This document shows positions 30,419-40,457 of a stretch of 64,000 bases of DNA, piece after piece. The number at the start of each line of letters is the position of its first letter. Position 1 is the first letter of the stretch. The position numbers and the translations under genes are program-made. Origin of the DNA: Balnearium lithotrophicum (GTDB taxonomy: Bacteria > Aquificota > Aquificia > Desulfurobacteriales > Desulfurobacteriaceae); contig NZ_FXTM01000005.1 of NCBI RefSeq assembly GCF_900182585.1, positions 32,049 to 96,048 on the forward strand, read 5' to 3'. The notes beneath the pieces were generated by a model. It saw nothing but the letters and a program-made list of their open reading frames with translations, did no database searches and was not told the DNA's origin.

Positions 30419-30888
30419 TGGGATGTTGCAACTTTGGAAGAGAAGATGAGGAATTTCCGTTTGAAACAGAGGCAGAGAAACTAATAGAGGGAATAAATCC
30501 CCAGTGGAAGTTAAATAGAACATTCAGGGTAAGAACAAAAAAGGAGGAAATCAAGAGGAAGCTTGAATCTGTAAGGAATGCACTTATTGGTTTTCCAGAA
30601 GAGGGAAAAATCAACTATCTAATATCGCTAATGGAAAGACCTATTCCGGAGGAAAATAGGGATAAATTTTCCTTTATAGTTGATAAATACCTCATTCCCT
30701 TTTTAAACAGGTTGGTTTTTTACAGGGTTAACGAGCCGGAAGGGGCTGAGGAGCTTAAGTTGATAATCGAGGAAATTTTTAAAGAGGTTTCAACTTTTAA
30801 AAAGAGGTTGAGGGAAAAGGAGATAGAATCTGCTTTGGATGTACTGATTGGAGCTCTATACCAGCAGCTGGAGGAGGGAAATGATTGA
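30418..30888 (+). CDS. Hypothetical acidic cytoplasmic protein (156 aa), no recognisable domain
   Basis: ORF coupled by ATGA-type overlap to gpsA and overlapping the phoU start. N-terminal MGCCNFG, otherwise charged and helical. Confidence 0.45.
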   Translation: MGCCNFGREDEEFPFETEAEKLIEGINPQWKLNRTFRVRTKKEEIKRKLESVRNALIGFPEEGKINYLISLMERPIPEENRDKFSFIVDKYLIPFLNRLVFYRVNEPEGAEELKLIIEEIFKEVSTFKKRLREKEIESALDVLIGALYQQLEEGND

Positions 30889-31591
30889 AAAGTACGTTTT
30901 AGACCTTGATGAGCTTAAGAAGAGTTTTATTGAAATGGCAGATATGTCTAAAAAGATAATAAACGATGCCATGGAATCCCTCATGGAGAGGGACAAGGAA
31001 AGAGCAAAAGCCACGTACCAGTACGATAGACTCATTGACCTTAAGGAACTTGAAATTGAGGAGAGGTGCATAAGAATTCTTGCCCTCTACTCACCCGAAG
31101 CTGCAGATTTGAGATTGGTTGTTTCCATTCTAAAGAGCATAGTTGACCTTGAAAGAATAGGTGACTTGGCAAGGGATATATGTGAAACGGCAATTAGGCT
31201 TTCAGAAGTTCCACCAATAAAGCCCTACGTTGACCTTCCGAGGATGCTTAAAATTGTTTCAGACATGCTGAAGGACTCAGTAATGTCCCTTTTAAGGGGT
31301 GATGTTGAGCTTGCAAAGGATGTTATAGACAGGGACGATATCGTTGACAGCTTCTACGAAAGGCTCTTCGATGAACTTGTTGAAATTTCTCGGAAAAATC
31401 CTGAGAGTGCTGCAGTTGCCGTCAGACTGATACTCGTAATCAAGTCCTTAGAAAGGGTAGGGGACCACGCAACAAACATTGCAGAGTACGCAATTTACTA
31501 CAAAACGGGGGATGTTGTTAAGCACAAAAAGGCTCAGGAGTACCTGAAAAAACTTAAAGAGAAGGAGAAGAATGAGAATAGAGGAGATTAA
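30881..31591 (+). CDS. phoU: PhoU-family protein (phosphate signalling/metal-binding PhoU fold)
   Basis: Two PhoU repeats with motifs DLERIGDLARDICE and SLERVGDHATNIAEY. RBS GGAGGAGGG before the ATG at 30881. Confidence 0.85.
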   Translation: MIEKYVLDLDELKKSFIEMADMSKKIINDAMESLMERDKERAKATYQYDRLIDLKELEIEERCIRILALYSPEAADLRLVVSILKSIVDLERIGDLARDICETAIRLSEVPPIKPYVDLPRMLKIVSDMLKDSVMSLLRGDVELAKDVIDRDDIVDSFYERLFDELVEISRKNPESAAVAVRLILVIKSLERVGDHATNIAEYAIYYKTGDVVKHKKAQEYLKKLKEKEKNENRGD

Positions 31592-32429
31592 ACCTCCAAA
31601 GAGCGATGCTCCGAGAATTTTAATTTTGTTTATCCTAATAATCCTAATTGGTATTGCCCTCTTTCAGTCTGTTAAGGTCATAGAGACAGGTGAAGTAGGT
31701 GTAAGGTTAAGGCTTGGAAAGATTGATAGAGAGGAACTGTACCCTGGCGTCCACTTCCTCATTCCTATCATTGATAGAGTAGTTATCTTTTCAACGAGGG
31801 TGAACAAGATAGACTTTTTGAATGCAAAGGGGAACCCCGTTACGGCTCTGAGTGTTGAGGGACTCCCTGCAAAGTTGGACATAACCGTTCTGTACAGAAT
31901 AATTCCCGACAAGGCCGATGAAATATACAGGAATTTCGGAACGGACTATGCAGAAAAAATAGTTGTTCCAATTGTCAGGGAAACTGTTAGAAACGTTGTA
32001 GCCCAGTACAAAATAGAAGATTTGTATTCAACAAACAGGGGAAAGCTTCAGAAGGAAATATACGAGAGGGTAAAGGAGAAGCTTAAAAGTTCAAACATCG
32101 ATATCGTTGACGTTCTACTTAGAAACGTAGCCCTTCCTAAAAAGGTTGTTGAGAAAATTGAGGAGAAGCTGAGGGCCAAAGAAGAAGCCGAGAAGATGAA
32201 GTACGTTATTGAGAGGGAGAAGTTAGAGGCTCAGAGAAAGATTACAGAGGCAAAGGGTATTGCAGAGTCAAACAGGATAATTTCAGACTCCCTCTCTGAA
32301 AAGTACCTCCAGTGGTACTATCTAAAAACACTAAAGGAGCTCGCTTCAAGTCCTAACAATACATTTGTAATAACACCCTACGACCAGAAGCTCATTCCTA
32401 TGCTCAACCTAAACGGAAAAACAAAATGA
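31572..32429 (+). CDS. SPFH/band-7 (prohibitin/HflC-like) membrane protein
   Basis: N-terminal TM helix followed by an SPFH domain, then a coiled-coil C-terminus (KLRAKEEAEKMKYVIEREKLEAQRK). Confidence 0.8.
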   Translation: MRIEEIKPPKSDAPRILILFILIILIGIALFQSVKVIETGEVGVRLRLGKIDREELYPGVHFLIPIIDRVVIFSTRVNKIDFLNAKGNPVTALSVEGLPAKLDITVLYRIIPDKADEIYRNFGTDYAEKIVVPIVRETVRNVVAQYKIEDLYSTNRGKLQKEIYERVKEKLKSSNIDIVDVLLRNVALPKKVVEKIEEKLRAKEEAEKMKYVIEREKLEAQRKITEAKGIAESNRIISDSLSEKYLQWYYLKTLKELASSPNNTFVITPYDQKLIPMLNLNGKTK

Positions 32430-33232
32430 TTCAGAATCCCCTAATCTTCTTAGGCTATGACTTTGGAATTAATGCCCTGATTTCCTCAATCCTTGCCGGT
32501 CTTTCCTGTTCTTTAATCGGTTCCTACGTGGTTTTGAGGAAGATGAGTTTTGCAGGAGCAGGGCTCTCACACGTTGCATTTGCCGGAGTTGCTTTTGGTT
32601 TTTTATTGGGAATATCTCCAATACTGTCTGCCTTTCTATTTTCAGTACTGGCCTCTTTTGTCCTATGGTACTTTCAAACGAAGAAGGGACTCCATTTTGA
32701 TACCACAATGGGAATAATTTTTGCTACAAGCATGGCTTTAGCCGTTATTTTTTTAAGTCTTTCAAAAACTTACGGAGCTGCAGTCCTTTCGTACCTCTTT
32801 GGAAGTCCGTTAGCGGTTGAGAAAGTTGATATAACAGTTCTCGCTCTCGTATCGGTAACCGTTTTAATCTTCTACATTCTCTTCTGGAGGGAAATATACC
32901 TCATTAGCTTTAGTGAGGAGATTGCAAAGGCATCGGGTTACAACGTTGAACTAATCACTCTAATTATGAGCTTTTTGGTAGCTTCCGTTGTTACGCTCTC
33001 TTTAAAGTCCGTTGGAGCTCTTTTAGTATTTTCCCTCTTGGTTATCCCTTCTGCATCTGCCTATAAACTTGCCAAGAGCTACTTTCAGTACATCCTCTAC
33101 TCAGTTATGTTTGGCCTTCTGTCTGGAGCTTTAGGAATGTTAATATCCTTTTCCTTGGATGCACCTTCAGGAGCCACAATAACCTTGGTTTCCTTTCTGC
33201 TCTTCCTCTTAACAAACTTAAAGTCCCAATAA
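32426..33232 (+). CDS. ABC-3 family metal transporter permease (ZnuB/MntB/TroC-like). No ATPase or binding protein lies adjacent.
   Basis: Signature LRKMSFAGAGLSHVAFAGVAFG, typical of ABC-3 permeases, in a protein with about 8 TM helices. Confidence 0.8.
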   Translation: MIQNPLIFLGYDFGINALISSILAGLSCSLIGSYVVLRKMSFAGAGLSHVAFAGVAFGFLLGISPILSAFLFSVLASFVLWYFQTKKGLHFDTTMGIIFATSMALAVIFLSLSKTYGAAVLSYLFGSPLAVEKVDITVLALVSVTVLIFYILFWREIYLISFSEEIAKASGYNVELITLIMSFLVASVVTLSLKSVGALLVFSLLVIPSASAYKLAKSYFQYILYSVMFGLLSGALGMLISFSLDAPSGATITLVSFLLFLLTNLKSQ

Positions 33233-33928
33233 CTCCTTTAATTTTAATGCATTAAAGACAGCACTTCCATCTGCAGTGTTGTTGAAGAAGGCGGCTTTCA
33301 CCCTTGATTTAGCCTTCCTAATCCTCTCTGAAATCTCCCTTAGCTCATCATCGGAGTAGCTACCTCTGTAGAGCTCCTTTCCGTGAAACCTGAAGTAGGA
33401 GAGCTCCTCCGTCCCATTACAGTCCCTCAACCAGTTTAAGCCCTCCGGAAAGTATGAACAGACAACAGTTGTTTTTATTTCCTTTAGAAAATCCTTCCAA
33501 TCGCTGTTTCTCAACTCAACGGAAATCAAAATTCCCTCATTACCGAACCTGTCAATCAAGGAGTTTAGAAACTCCAAATTCCTTTGATTTGGTCTAAAGC
33601 TACTTGGAAACTGGGCAAGTAAGCAAATGAGTCTTTCACCTAAAATCTCCTTTACTTCAAGAAAGGGAGAAATGTTTTCATCTGTCAGTTTTCTGTAGTG
33701 GGTTATTCCTCGGTAGAGCTTAAAGACAAAACCTAAACTCTCGCCGTCCCTCTTTAACCTTTTCAGGGAAGATTTTTTCGGTAGCCTGTAGAAGGTTGAA
33801 TTAACCTCTAAACCGTTAAAGTGCTTTGAGTAAAATGAAAGCCACTTACTCTGAGGTAAATCCTCAGGGTAGAAGATTCCCCTCCACTCCCTGTAGAAAA
33901 AACCGCTGATCCCTACAAAAACCATCAC
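33218..33928 (-). CDS. DUF72 family protein
   Basis: GISGFFYREW...FYPE...LSFYSKHFNGLEVNSTFYRLP is the DUF72 hallmark. Confidence 0.75.
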   Translation of the reverse strand: MMVFVGISGFFYREWRGIFYPEDLPQSKWLSFYSKHFNGLEVNSTFYRLPKKSSLKRLKRDGESLGFVFKLYRGITHYRKLTDENISPFLEVKEILGERLICLLAQFPSSFRPNQRNLEFLNSLIDRFGNEGILISVELRNSDWKDFLKEIKTTVVCSYFPEGLNWLRDCNGTEELSYFRFHGKELYRGSYSDDELREISERIRKAKSRVKAAFFNNTADGSAVFNALKLKELLGL

Positions 33929-33946
33929 TGCAGTTAGGGGGGGAGA

Positions 33947-35272
33947 TTAAGCCTCCCCGAAAACTCTCTTGAATATGTAGTCTACGTGCTTGGTGTGGTA
34001 GGAAAGGTCAAAGATTTCCTCTATCTCCTCCTTAGATAAGACCTTTCTAACCCTCTCATCCTTTAGAAGGAGCTCCTTAAACTCAACTCCCTCCTTCCAG
34101 ACCTTCATCGCATTCTCCTGAACAACTGCGTAGGCATCCTCCCTTGAAAGTCCTCCCTTTTCGATGAGAGTTAGAAGAACTCTCTGGCTGAAGATTAGTC
34201 CTTTGAGGAGGTTTAGGTTCTTCAACATGTTTTCTGGATAAACAACCAAGTTTTCCATGAGGTTTGCAAACTTCTGAAGCATGTAGTCAAGGGCTATACA
34301 GGCATCTGGAAAGACCGTTCTCTCTGTTGATGAGTGGGAAATGTCCCTTTCGTGCCAGAGGGGAACATTCTCCATACCGACTATTGATGCACTCCTTACA
34401 ACCCTTGCAAGTCCACAGAGCCTTTCAGAGAGTATTGGATTCCTCTTATGGGGCATTGCAGAAGAACCTTTCTGACCCTTTCTAAAGGGCTCTTCAACCT
34501 CCCTGACCTCAGTCCTCTGAAGGTGTCTAATTTCTGTGGCAAACTTCTCTATGGAGGATGCCGTTAGGGCAAGGGAGTTAAGAAACTCAGCGTGTCTATC
34601 CCTCTGGACAACCTGGTTTGAGGCCTTTGCGTGTCCTATTCCTAACTTCTTACACGTGAGCTCCTCAACCCTTGGGTCAATATTTGCAAACGTTCCAACT
34701 GCTCCAGAGAGCTTACCTACAGCTGCCCTCTCCGTTGCGGCCTTTACCCTCTCGTAGTTTCTCCTCATTTCGTCGTACCAAATCGCAAGCTTTAAGCCGA
34801 ATGTTATGGGTTCAGCGTGTATTCCGTGGGTCCTTCCAACCATAACCGTCATTTTGTGCTCGAATGCCCTCTTTTTTATGGCCTCCATTACCCTTTCAAT
34901 ATCCTTTAGTAGGAGCTCCCCAGCCTGCTTTATTTGAAGTGCAAAGGCTGTATCCAACATATCTGAAGATGTCATACCGAAGTGGAGGTACTTTGCCTCA
35001 TCTCCAACAATTTCCCTTATGTACGTCAGGAAGGCTATAACGTCGTGGTTTGTTACTTCCTCTATCTCGGAAATCCTCTTTGTATCGAAATCCTTCTCTC
35101 CCTTTAGGTATGGTTCAACCTTTTCCTTTATTTTTTCAACGGCCTCCTTTGGAATTTTTCCAATCTCTGCCCAGCTTTCAGCAGCAGCCACTTCAACCTT
35201 TAACCAGTTTTTCAGTTTGTTCTGCTCGTCCCAGATTCTTCCCATCTCAGGCAGTGTATAGCGAGGTATCAT
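33947..35272 (-). CDS. purB: Adenylosuccinate lyase
   Basis: MIPRYTLPEM start, fumarate-lyase signature GSSAMPHKRNP and a 441-aa length. Confidence 0.9.
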   Translation of the reverse strand: MIPRYTLPEMGRIWDEQNKLKNWLKVEVAAAESWAEIGKIPKEAVEKIKEKVEPYLKGEKDFDTKRISEIEEVTNHDVIAFLTYIREIVGDEAKYLHFGMTSSDMLDTAFALQIKQAGELLLKDIERVMEAIKKRAFEHKMTVMVGRTHGIHAEPITFGLKLAIWYDEMRRNYERVKAATERAAVGKLSGAVGTFANIDPRVEELTCKKLGIGHAKASNQVVQRDRHAEFLNSLALTASSIEKFATEIRHLQRTEVREVEEPFRKGQKGSSAMPHKRNPILSERLCGLARVVRSASIVGMENVPLWHERDISHSSTERTVFPDACIALDYMLQKFANLMENLVVYPENMLKNLNLLKGLIFSQRVLLTLIEKGGLSREDAYAVVQENAMKVWKEGVEFKELLLKDERVRKVLSKEEIEEIFDLSYHTKHVDYIFKRVFGEA

Positions 35273-35306
35273 TCTCTCCTCCTGAATTTTTGAAGGGAAT
35301 TATATT

Positions 35307-36668
35307 TCACTCCAAAATCTCCTTAGCCGTTTCTTCGGCAAGTTTTGTGCAATCGTTGACTCCAACTCCCCTGTAGGCATTTGAGCAGAAGTGAAGGTTT
35401 CCAATCCTCCTTCCCAATTCAAAAATCCTGTCAACCCTTTCAGAGTGTCCAAGACTGTAGTGGGGAATGCCCTTTTCGTGCTTAAAAACTTTAATAAACT
35501 CCGGGTAGTGACGAATCTTCATAATTCTCCTTAACTCCTTCAGAGAAATTTCAACGAGCTCCTCCTCTGAAAGCCCTGCAAGCTCTGGCTGTCTTGCTCC
35601 TCCTACCATAACCCTTATGAGTACCTTTCCCTCTGGAGCTCTGTTTGGAAAAACGGAGCTGTCCCAGAGAGCTCCCAAAATCTTCCTACCTTCACTCTTC
35701 GGGATTAAAAATCCAAATCCGTCAAGGTCGTGACCCAAACCTTTACTTTGAAAACCTAAGGCAACAACGGAAATTGGAGAGTACTCTATCTGGGAAAGGA
35801 GGTGTGAGAGCTCCTCGTTAACGGACTTTAAGAGCTCCGATGCAGAGTAGGCAGGAGTTGAAAGAATCAAGTGTTCAAACTCATCAGATTTCTCCTCTCC
35901 TCCTTCTCTCCAGGTAACAACCCAGTATTTTCCTCTTTTTTCAATATTCTCTGTACTTACGCCGGTTTTAAGGTCGTTTCCAAGTTTTTCAGAAAGGGCA
36001 TTGATAAGGTCGCTAACCCCTCCGACAAAGGAAGTCAAAACTCCCCCCGGCCCTGCAGGTCCAGATGAGGAACCCTTAGACTCCTTCATCTTGGCAATTA
36101 ATCCCTTTATCAAACCGCCGTACTTTTTCTCCAATTGGTAGATGGCCGGAAATGAAGCCTTCAAGCTCATCCTTTCGGGGTCACCTGCAAAAATTCCTGC
36201 AACCATAGGGTCTAAAAGTTTTTCTAAGGCCTCCTCTCCGATTCTCCTCCTTGCAAAGTCTGCCAGCGTTTCGTCTGACAAATCCCTTTTTGGAGGGACA
36301 AAAAGTTCTCCAACCAACCTTAACTTTCCCTTCCAGCTTAAAAGGTAGGAGGAGAGAAAGGCAATTGGGTTTTCGGGAAGCCTCACTAACCTCCCGTTTG
36401 TATAGATAAACCTCTTTCTTGACTTATCGGAGCTCCTGTAGAGTTTATCCTCTATTCCCAAAGCCTTTACAAGGTTTAAGGTGTAGGGTTTTCCGTCCAA
36501 GAATCCGTTTGGTCCCGTTTCAACGATGTATCCCTTCTCGTAAACGGTCCTCATCTTTCCACCGGGTCTCTCTTCTCTCTCAAGAACAGTAACATCAGCT
36601 CCGCCCCTTTTTAGATAAAAGGCAACGGAAAGGCCAGAAACTCCTGCTCCTACAACGCAGACCTTCAT
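35307..36668 (-). CDS. hemY: Protoporphyrinogen/coproporphyrinogen oxidase (HemY family, FAD)
   Basis: MKVCVVGAGVSGLSVAFYL dinucleotide fold in an amine-oxidase-like protein of 453 aa. Confidence 0.8.
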   Translation of the reverse strand: MKVCVVGAGVSGLSVAFYLKRGGADVTVLEREERPGGKMRTVYEKGYIVETGPNGFLDGKPYTLNLVKALGIEDKLYRSSDKSRKRFIYTNGRLVRLPENPIAFLSSYLLSWKGKLRLVGELFVPPKRDLSDETLADFARRRIGEEALEKLLDPMVAGIFAGDPERMSLKASFPAIYQLEKKYGGLIKGLIAKMKESKGSSSGPAGPGGVLTSFVGGVSDLINALSEKLGNDLKTGVSTENIEKRGKYWVVTWREGGEEKSDEFEHLILSTPAYSASELLKSVNEELSHLLSQIEYSPISVVALGFQSKGLGHDLDGFGFLIPKSEGRKILGALWDSSVFPNRAPEGKVLIRVMVGGARQPELAGLSEEELVEISLKELRRIMKIRHYPEFIKVFKHEKGIPHYSLGHSERVDRIFELGRRIGNLHFCSNAYRGVGVNDCTKLAEETAKEILE

Positions 36669-36680
36669 TTCTACTCCAAA

Positions 36681-37616
36681 TTAGTTTTTTCTTAATTTAT
36701 TTATTTCTTCAGAGATTGCAGATATTAAAAGGGGGTGTTTGTGGTCCAACTTAACTCTCCTGTAGTCTAACCCTAAATCCCTGGCCAGATTCCCGTACTC
36801 AACATCAAGCTCGTAAAGTGTTTCTATGTGCTCAGAAACAAAACTTATCGGAAAAACAACAACCCTTTTAAATCCCTCCTCTCCAATTCTCCTTAACGTT
36901 TCCTCCGTTGAGGGTTCCAACCACTCTATGGGGCCAACTTTGCTCTGGTAAGAAATTCTGAACTTGTACTCAGGGAAAGACCTCATGACTTCTGAAATGG
37001 TTCTTCTAATCTCCTCGGGGTACGGATCCTTCTTTTCCTCAACAAAGTACTTTGGAAGGCTGTGGGCGGAAAAGAGAACGACCGTTTTATCAGAGGGTAG
37101 ATTCCTTAACTCCTTTTTTAAAAGCTCCCTTATCCAGTTTAGGTAATTTCTATTTAGAGTCCACGATTTAACGTGTCTTATCTCCGTCTTTCCCTTTAGT
37201 AACTTATCCACATCCCTGATACAGGCCCCGACAGTTCCGTAGGAAAATTGGGGGTAGAGGGTTATGTGGTAGAGTTTCTCAACTCCACTTTTTAGAATTT
37301 CCTCTGCAATTTTCTCAAGGAGTGGCTCTGAGTAGAGCATTCCTAAAAATGTTTTTAATCCTACATTCTCCTCAACTAACCTTGACTGTTCCACCGAGTT
37401 TTTAACCAAGGGGCTCCCTCCCCCTATTGCCTCGTACTGAGGTTTAACCTTTGGAGCTCTGAAAGTTGCTATTAAGTAGGCAAGGGGCTTTTGAAAAATC
37501 TTTGGAACTCCAAAGTTAATAAGGTCTCTATCTGAAAAGAGCCTGTAGAGAAAGGGCTTAATCTCTTTTAAGTTTGAGGGAGCTCCCATGTACGTAATTA
37601 AAACGGCTTCTCTCAT
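36681..37616 (-). CDS. hemH: Ferrochelatase
   Basis: Ferrochelatase N-terminus (LITYMGAPSNLKEIKPFLYRLFSDRDLI) and conserved His region SAHSLP. Confidence 0.85.
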   Translation of the reverse strand: MREAVLITYMGAPSNLKEIKPFLYRLFSDRDLINFGVPKIFQKPLAYLIATFRAPKVKPQYEAIGGGSPLVKNSVEQSRLVEENVGLKTFLGMLYSEPLLEKIAEEILKSGVEKLYHITLYPQFSYGTVGACIRDVDKLLKGKTEIRHVKSWTLNRNYLNWIRELLKKELRNLPSDKTVVLFSAHSLPKYFVEEKKDPYPEEIRRTISEVMRSFPEYKFRISYQSKVGPIEWLEPSTEETLRRIGEEGFKRVVVFPISFVSEHIETLYELDVEYGNLARDLGLDYRRVKLDHKHPLLISAISEEINKLRKN

Positions 37617-38030
37617 CTACTCTCCAATAATTTTGATAATTACCTTCTTTGGCCTTTGACCGTCAAACTCTGCATAGAAAATCTCCTGCCAGGGGCCGAG
37701 GTCTAACTTTCCGTCCGTTATAGGAAGGACCACCTGAAGGTGAACAAGGAGATTTTTCAAATGGGCATCACCGTTGTCCTCACCCGTTCTGTGGTGTTTG
37801 TAGTCAGGTCTAAAGGGAGCCAATTCTTCCAGCCACTCCCAGATATCCTCGTGGAGCCCTTCCTCATCGTCCTGAATTATCACGGCTGCAGTCAGGTGCA
37901 TTGCAGAGACGAGGCACAGTCCCTCCTTGACTCCGGACTTTTTAACTGCCTCCTTAACAGTATCCGTAATCCTTATTAAGTCTCTCCTCTTTTTCGTATT
38001 AAAGGTCAAGTACTCTGTGTAGCTCTTCAT
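37617..38030 (-). CDS. yjbQ: YjbQ/UPF0047 family protein (secondary thiamine-phosphate synthase fold)
   Basis: 137 aa with conserved UPF0047 segments ([15 protein letters not shown] and [22 protein letters not shown]). Confidence 0.7.
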   Translation of the reverse strand: MKSYTEYLTFNTKKRRDLIRITDTVKEAVKKSGVKEGLCLVSAMHLTAAVIIQDDEEGLHEDIWEWLEELAPFRPDYKHHRTGEDNGDAHLKNLLVHLQVVLPITDGKLDLGPWQEIFYAEFDGQRPKKVIIKIIGE

Positions 38031-38103
38031 AGAGGCCTCCTTAAAAATTTGAAAATGATACTACATCGGAACAATTTAAATTAAAAACTTTCAGGAGGAG
38101 AAA

Positions 38104-38685
38104 ATGTACTCTGTTGCCATTGTAGGAGGAGGACCTGCAGGACTCTCCTGTGTACTGACACTTGCAGATGGAGCAAGGAGGTTTGACTTTGCCAAAGAGA
38201 AGAAGTTTTTAGTTGTTGACAGCGGTTCTTCGGATGTCCTTAAGGCCGTTTTAAACAACGTTCCGGGAGTTAAAAGGGGAACAACGGGAGAGGAGTACTT
38301 AAACCTTCTAAGGGCTCAGGTAGAGGAGTTTGAGGATGTTAATATCGTTGAAGGGGAGGTCTGTGAGGTTAACGGGGAGAAGGGAAACTTTACAGTGGTT
38401 CTATCGGATGGAAGGGAATTTAAAAGCGAAATAGTTGTCTTTTCAACGGGATTTCACTCCTTCAACGTAAAAACTGAATTGGTTGAAGTTATTCCACATC
38501 CAAGGTCTCCAAGGCCTGGAAAGATTGCACTTAAACCGAAAGCAGAGGGAGTTTACATTGCAGGGCTTTCTGCAGGAGAGATAACAATGGTTGCAGTGGC
38601 TTCAGGGAGTGGAGTTGACGTAGCTTGCAGGATACTGTCGGATTGGGCAGGAAAGGTTGTTGTAGGCCACGACTCCATCAAGTAG
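38104..38685 (+). CDS. Small FAD-binding oxidoreductase-like protein (193 aa) with only the FAD dinucleotide fold
   Basis: [13 protein letters not shown] dinucleotide motif at the N-terminus and [22 protein letters not shown] near the C-terminus. No central NAD(P)H-binding domain and no CxxC. Confidence 0.55.
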   Translation: MYSVAIVGGGPAGLSCVLTLADGARRFDFAKEKKFLVVDSGSSDVLKAVLNNVPGVKRGTTGEEYLNLLRAQVEEFEDVNIVEGEVCEVNGEKGNFTVVLSDGREFKSEIVVFSTGFHSFNVKTELVEVIPHPRSPRPGKIALKPKAEGVYIAGLSAGEITMVAVASGSGVDVACRILSDWAGKVVVGHDSIK

Positions 38686-38716
38686 AATATCGGCAATTCC
38701 ATTTAGGAGAGAGGAA

Positions 38717-39901
38717 ATGAGAATAGGAACGCCTCTATCGCACAACGCTACAAAGATTCTCCTTTTAGGAAGCGGGGAGTTGGGCAAGGAGTTTGTAATT
38801 GAAGCAATGAGGTTGGGAGTTGAGGTTATCGCCGTTGATTCGTACCAGGGAGCTCCTGCCCAGCAGGTTGCCCACAGGTACTACGTTGTTGATATGAAGG
38901 ACGGAAAGCAGCTCAGAAATATCGTTTACAGGGAAAAACCGGACTTTATAGTTCCGGAAATTGAGGCAATAGATACCAACATGCTCATTGAGCTTGAAAA
39001 GGAGGGTTTTAACGTCGTCCCTTGTGCAAAGGCAACAAAGATAACTATGGACAGAATTGGAATAAGGAGACTGGCAGCAGAGGAGTTGGGTTTAAAGACC
39101 TCAAAGTACAGGTTTGCAGAAACCTATGAGGAGTACAAAAGGGCAGTAGAGGAGTTGGGATTTCCCGTTGTCGTAAAGCCCGTCATGAGCTCCTCAGGAA
39201 AAGGACAGAGTGTAGTTAAGAGTGAAGAGGAATTAGAAAAAGCCTTTAAATATGCAAAGGAGAACGCAAGGGGAAAGGGAAATGCCCTCATCATTGAGGA
39301 ATTCATAAACTTTGATTTTGAAATAACCCTCCTAACAGTTAGAACAAAAAATCAGGGAACACTTTTCTGCGAGCCTATAGGCCACAGACAGGTTGAAGGG
39401 GACTACCACGAGAGCTGGCAGCCTCAACCTATGAGCGAAGCTGCCCTTTCTAAGGCAAAGGAGATGGCCAAAAAAGTTACTGATGCTTTGGGAGGGTACG
39501 GAATATTTGGCTGTGAATTCTTCGTTAAGGGCGATACGGTTTGGTTCAGTGAGGTCTCCCCGAGGCCCCACGATACGGGAATGGTAACGATGGCAAGCCA
39601 GAACATGAGCGAGTTTGAAATTCACCTGAGGGCAATCTTGGGACTTCCCATACACATTGAGCTGATTTCCCCGGGGGCTTCGTACTGCTTCCATGCAAGG
39701 ACAAACTCTGTAGCTCCATCGTACGAAGGAATAGAGGAAGCCCTTAAAGAGCCGAACGTCTGGGTCAGGATATTTGGAAAGCCAACGACAAGGCCAAAGA
39801 GGAGAATGGGCGTTGCCGTTGCAAGGGCTGAAACCGTTGAAAAAGCAAGGGAGAAGGCAAAGAGGGCTGCAGAGTCGATGAGGGTGATAGAGGAGCTCTA
39901 A
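38717..39901 (+). CDS. purT: Formate-dependent phosphoribosylglycinamide formyltransferase
   Basis: [26 protein letters not shown]-terminus and an ATP-grasp core; 394 aa. Confidence 0.9.
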   Translation: MRIGTPLSHNATKILLLGSGELGKEFVIEAMRLGVEVIAVDSYQGAPAQQVAHRYYVVDMKDGKQLRNIVYREKPDFIVPEIEAIDTNMLIELEKEGFNVVPCAKATKITMDRIGIRRLAAEELGLKTSKYRFAETYEEYKRAVEELGFPVVVKPVMSSSGKGQSVVKSEEELEKAFKYAKENARGKGNALIIEEFINFDFEITLLTVRTKNQGTLFCEPIGHRQVEGDYHESWQPQPMSEAALSKAKEMAKKVTDALGGYGIFGCEFFVKGDTVWFSEVSPRPHDTGMVTMASQNMSEFEIHLRAILGLPIHIELISPGASYCFHARTNSVAPSYEGIEEALKEPNVWVRIFGKPTTRPKRRMGVAVARAETVEKAREKAKRAAESMRVIEEL

Positions 39902-39902
39902 G

Positions 39903-40457
39903 TTGGAAAAGGTTGCAACCTTTGCAGGTGGGTGCTTCTGGTGCATTGAGGAGGCTTTTAGTAAACTGCCGGGAGTAGTTGAGGTTACTCCCGGTTACTC
40001 GGGAGGAAACTCAGAAAACCCTACCTACGAGGAGGTCTGTACTGGCAAAACGGGACACGTTGAGGCAGTTCAAGTTAAGTACAATCCTAAAGAGGTTTCA
40101 TACAGGGAGCTCCTCATAACCTTCCTGACCTCCATTGACCCGACAGACAGAAACGGCCAGTTTGCAGATAGGGGAAGTCAGTACAGACCTGTTATCTTCT
40201 ACCACGATGAAGAGCAGAAGGAACTTGCAGAGAAAGCCCTCAAGATTCTTTCGGAGAGTTCCCTCTTTTCAGACCCTATAGCAGTAGAAGTAAGACCCTT
40301 CAAAAACTTTTACCCTGCCGAGGAGTACCACAGGAGGTACTTTGAAAGGGAGCCCATGCACTACTATTACTACAAGGAGGTCTCCGGAAGAAAGGCCTAC
40401 TGTGAAATAGTTTGGAAGAAAAAGGGAGGAAAGGAGCTCCTTGAGAAAAACCTTTAA
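39903..40457 (+). CDS. msrA: Peptide methionine sulfoxide reductase MsrA
   Basis: Catalytic motif FAGGCFWCIEEAF. Confidence 0.9.
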   Translation: MEKVATFAGGCFWCIEEAFSKLPGVVEVTPGYSGGNSENPTYEEVCTGKTGHVEAVQVKYNPKEVSYRELLITFLTSIDPTDRNGQFADRGSQYRPVIFYHDEEQKELAEKALKILSESSLFSDPIAVEVRPFKNFYPAEEYHRRYFEREPMHYYYYKEVSGRKAYCEIVWKKKGGKELLEKNL

